Shown in pieces: positions 60,456-64,000 of a DNA stretch of 64,000 nucleotides (its first letter is position 1; every line of letters starts with the position of its first letter). The position numbers and the translations under genes were made by a program. The notes beneath the pieces were generated by a model. That model saw only the letters and a list, made by a program, of their open reading frames with translations. It made no database searches and had not been told where the DNA came from. Source of the stretch: Podarcis muralis (taxonomy: Eukaryota); NCBI RefSeq assembly GCF_964188315.1, contig NC_135667.1:9796001-9860000 (forward strand), in the 5' to 3' direction.

Positions 60456-60552
60456 CAGCATCCTATTCTGAACCTCTCTGGGAAGAAGATCACAGGCATA
60501 GAAGGGAGCTATGGTTATCATCAAGACTGACCCTCCAAACCTTTAACAATAC

Positions 60553-60768
60553 CAGTGGTACCTCGATTAAGAACTTAATTCGTTCTGGAGGTCCGTTCTT
60601 AACCTGAAACTGTTCTTAACCTGAGGTACCACTTTAGCTAATGGGGCCTCCTGCTGCCGCTGCATGATTTCTGCTCTCATCCTGAGGTCAAATTCTTAAC
60701 CCGAGGTACTACTTCCGGGTTAGTGGAGTCTGTAACCCGAAGTGTTTATAACCCAAGGTGTTTGACCG
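60553..60768. mobile_element. Tigger-like MITE, degenerate right end
   Basis: Reverse-orientation copy of the 16027 family. Confidence 0.8.
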
Positions 60769-61041
60769 TACACCCATATACAGCCCACATCTTCAGCGCT
60801 TGCATGGGCTGGGTGTCGGTAGCACCTTCTTCAACCTTCCGATCACAGGAACAGCAGCACAGCATCCCGCTGGAACAGGTCCTGGTGCAGTGGACTCGCA
60901 TTTGCTATTGTGAGCACCTCAAAAGCAGCAGAGAAACGGAAACAAAACTGTGGAAGTTTTGTTGCATACCTAATTTTATTTCTGCTGGTTAAACAAATAA
61001 AAGAACATAACAAACACGTACGAGAGAGTCAGCTCTCTCAT

Positions 61042-61888
61042 CAGTGACGTAGCGTGGGGGGTGCCAGGGGTGCCGGCCGCACCGGGCGCAACATCTGGGG
61101 GGGCGCAAGTCCAGAGGGAAGGGACAAGTTCCTTCCTCCGCCGGGCTCCCCGCCGCCGCCGCCAGCCTTGCGCCCTAGCGCGCGCGCGCCCCCCGCCGCC
61201 GCTGTGGCTGCGCTCCACTCACTGCTCGCAGGAGGAGCAGCCGCTGCAGCAGCACCGACGCCGCCACCGATGCCTGGCCGGGCACGGGCAGCCTCCGCAC
61301 CCCGACGCCGACGCCATCCCCTCGGCCCAGCCACAGGCGGCGGCTGCTTCTGCCGACTGGGAGGGAGGAGAGCTCCGAGGGGCCTCGCCGCGCCCTGCAC
61401 TCCCCAAAACCCTCTGAAAGGAAGCCGGCAGGCGGGCGAGGGTCTCCCGGTGGAAGGGGGCGCCGCTGGCTCCGGCTCTCAGCACAAGTCTCAGCCGCGG
61501 GGGGGGGGGCGAGGACGGAGCACGGCTGGAAGCCCCTGGACCCGGCCGGGAGGAGGAGAGGCGCTCGCCAAGCTCGGATCTGGAGCTCCACCTACAGCCC
61601 AAGGAGAGGAGGGGGCGGGGAGGCGCCTGAGGGGAGGGGGCTTAGGCTGCCTCGGCCCGCGGGGGCTCCGCAAATAATAAATGTAATAAATTCCTGCTGA
61701 GCCTTTGGGGGGGGTCCTTGGCTCCTTCGCTTGCCCCCAGCCCCAGTGGAATAGCGTGGGGGGGTCAGGGGGGCCGGGCGCAACATCTGGGGGGGGATGC
61801 GCTCACACTCGAGTGCTAAAATCCACGGGTTAGGGGACGCAAATTACTTGCCTTGCCCCGGGTGCTGACAACCCACGCTACGCCACTG
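61042..61888. mobile_element. Non-autonomous hAT element with GC-rich interior, composite
   Basis: TIR CAGTGACGTAGCGTGGG/CCCACGCTACGCCACTG; exact 8-bp TSD TCTCTCAT (61034-41, 61889-96); second left end at 61744. Confidence 0.95.
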
Positions 61889-62658
61889 TCTCTCATACTG
61901 CCTTCCTGTCTCTAGACAGATCAAAAGAAAACAGGCACAGCGCTAGGGACGGAAGTCTGGAAGAATGGTCTCAGCCCCCTCCTTTCTCAGAGACAGAAAG
62001 TAAAACAAACATGATTTGGTGATCTTTGCAATGGGAGGGATGAAAATACTGACAGGGTTTTTAACCCAAGGTACCACTGTATGTGCTTCTGTTTTTCACA
62101 ACTGACATAGCCATGGTTGGAATAAGGAGACACAAAGGCACGCCAAGAGATGCTTCTACCAGATGTTTCATTTTATTCTCCCCTCTGGGTGCCATGGTCA
62201 AGGTTGAGGTGGGGCAAGGGATGCCCTTCTGCCATGATCATGCCATTAGCCAGGTATCGGAGGGGAGGAGGGGGAGGTGGACCCACAGCATCGTCTCTTG
62301 GGACCTCATACCACGTGGCGGGAGGCAAGTCTTCTTCTGCCACCATGGAAGAGACGAGGTTCCCCATCAAGCGGTGATACCTGTAGTTCTCTTCGCGCTC
62401 GCCCCCATCTCCGGCCACCCACAACGTTAAAGAGGACAGTGGAGGACAAGATCTCTGAGCCGCCCGGCGGAGACGGGCACCTCTACGTCCCCAGGAAGAC
62501 AGCATCTCCTTTCGAATGGGGTCCAGGTCTTGGTAGAATATCTCACTAGGGGCAAGCGATATTTCTTTGGGCTGGAACAAAAGGTTTGAGGTGAAATGGC
62601 TCCCTTTCTTAGGTGGAGTGGGGAGAGACAATCAAGAACAATAGCAAATTGCAAGGTA

Positions 62659-62880
62659 CAGTGGACCCTCAAGTTACATACCACTCTGGATACGTAACTT
62701 GTGGGCTGCGAATGTGGTAAACCTGGAAGTGTATACTTCTGGGTTTCACCGGGCACGCATGTGCAGAAGCACTCTATCGCACCACACGCGTGTGCAGAAA
62801 AGGGCGCCAGCAGTTACGGACTTTTCAGGTTAAGTTTGGACCCCCGGAATTAATTTAATTCGCATCTGGAGGGTCCACTG
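62659..62880. mobile_element. Tigger-like MITE, second family
   Basis: TA|CAGTGGACCCTC...GAGGGTCCACTG|TA. Confidence 0.9.
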
Positions 62881-63079
62881 TATTTGACATCCTTGTTTCC
62901 CTTTGGAAATCCTGGTGGTTAAATGGAAATAGACAAATGGGGGCTATGTTCAGCGCCATCCAGTGGCTAAACTGTATAATGACACTTATCCATGCATACA
63001 CAAATGACCATTGTCAAGAAGGGTTTTGAAAGTATGACATGCCTAATGGTAGGCCACATTCATGGATGGGTTTGACTTT

Positions 63080-63080
63080 G

Positions 63081-63130
<50 letters not shown>

Positions 63131-63430
63131 TACACCACCCATCTGGGTTTTGCCAGCCACTCTGGACAGCTTCCAGCAAAATATATAAAATAATAAAATG
63201 TCAAACGTTAAAAACTTCCCAATACAGGGCTGCCCTCAGGTGCATTCTAAAGTTGTATAGTTCTTAACTCCTTGACATCTGAAGGGAGGGCATTCCACAG
63301 GTTGGGTGCCACTACCGAGAAGGCCCTCTGCATGGTTCCCTGTAACTTCACTTCTCACAGTGAGGGAACTAGCAGAAGACCGTCCAGGCTGAATCATGGA
63401 GGTGGAGACACTCCTTCTTCAGGTATACTG
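63080..63430 (-). mobile_element. L2 LINE 3' end
   Basis: Homologous to the other L2 copies; (AAT)n tail. Confidence 0.8.
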
Positions 63431-64000
63431 TTTCATAGTGATTTCTCTTCTTTTCATGGTATTGATTGAAAAGTGTCTGTACTTGTTTCAGAGTACGAAT
63501 GCAATCATTTCAGTTTGTTACAAAATCACTTATGCTGTTATAAGGAAGGTGAATGAACTATATGCTAGATTGAGTCTGGCCTAATTTGAAATGAAACCAT
63601 TCCACTTCATTTTACACACACATACACTTTTCAAGAATTGAGGCGAGCAATGGGTGTTAGGAAGTGGTGTTTTTAACTTGAAATAATCAACATGAATGGG
63701 AGTCACCTTCATGTAAATGGGTGCATAGGACAGCCCAATAAATGCACTTTGACCTTCTCTTTAACAATAAATTGCAGCCTCTAGTGATATTCAGTTTAAC
63801 TCAAAGCAAACTAATTGCAGCAAGGGGGGGGGGGGAGAAAAATCTTGACTTGGGTCCTCCTGACAAATGGGCTTCAAAAATTAAATGATATGTTCTCATG
63901 CTTCTCATGTTTATGCATTTTCTGTTAAAGATCTTCATTTGAAGGTCTTTTTTTAAATGCAAAATACTAAATTCACCATTAGTATTGTTGCTTCATACCT

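Noticed and set aside
60775-60930. Possible further exon downstream of the 62.2-62.6 kb ORF
   Set aside because: An acceptor-like site exists on the minus strand, but all frames close quickly and no motif is recognisable.
61041-61677. Ala/Gly/Pro/Arg-rich ORFs of 100-200 aa as a real local gene (also 47165-47820)
   Set aside because: They lie wholly inside TIR- and TSD-bounded hAT elements, and very high GC keeps several frames open. Retained only as possible captured fragments.

Overview
This is vertebrate genomic DNA, almost certainly from a lacertid lizard (Podarcis/Lacerta type), inferred from POM-type Sauria SINEs and Squam1 SINEs. The window is a tandem cluster of class II, family-6-like olfactory receptor (OR) genes. 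It holds 10 intact single-coding-exon ORs in the order -,-,-,+,+,+,+,-,-,-: six of one OR6C-like subclade, one more distant OR6C-like gene, and three divergent OR6M/6V/9A-like genes. There are also two C-terminal OR remnants and one 'ghost' locus that keeps promoter and flanks but has lost its coding exon. Each intact OR has a splice acceptor just upstream of the true ATG, so the longer N-termini in the ORF track are intronic or use alternative start codons. Paralog comparison shows conserved 5'UTR splice donors and a shared promoter-like block. Intergenic DNA is TE-rich: six complete solo LTRs with 5-bp TSDs plus one cut by the window edge, 5'-truncated L1-like, L2, CR1 and RTE LINE pieces, SINEs, about nine Tigger-like MITEs, and two GC-rich hAT elements with exact 8-bp TSDs that appear to carry captured gene-like DNA. 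The strongest leads are a homeodomain plus O/E motif cluster at 59.2-59.7 kb (candidate OR enhancer), the Pack-like hAT elements, an ORF reading into the LTRs, the CDS-less OR locus, recurrent ATG-TGC uORFs next to OR start codons, and an unidentified CpG-rich ORF or exon at 62.2-62.6 kb. All alignments were made by eye; no database search or computation was run.
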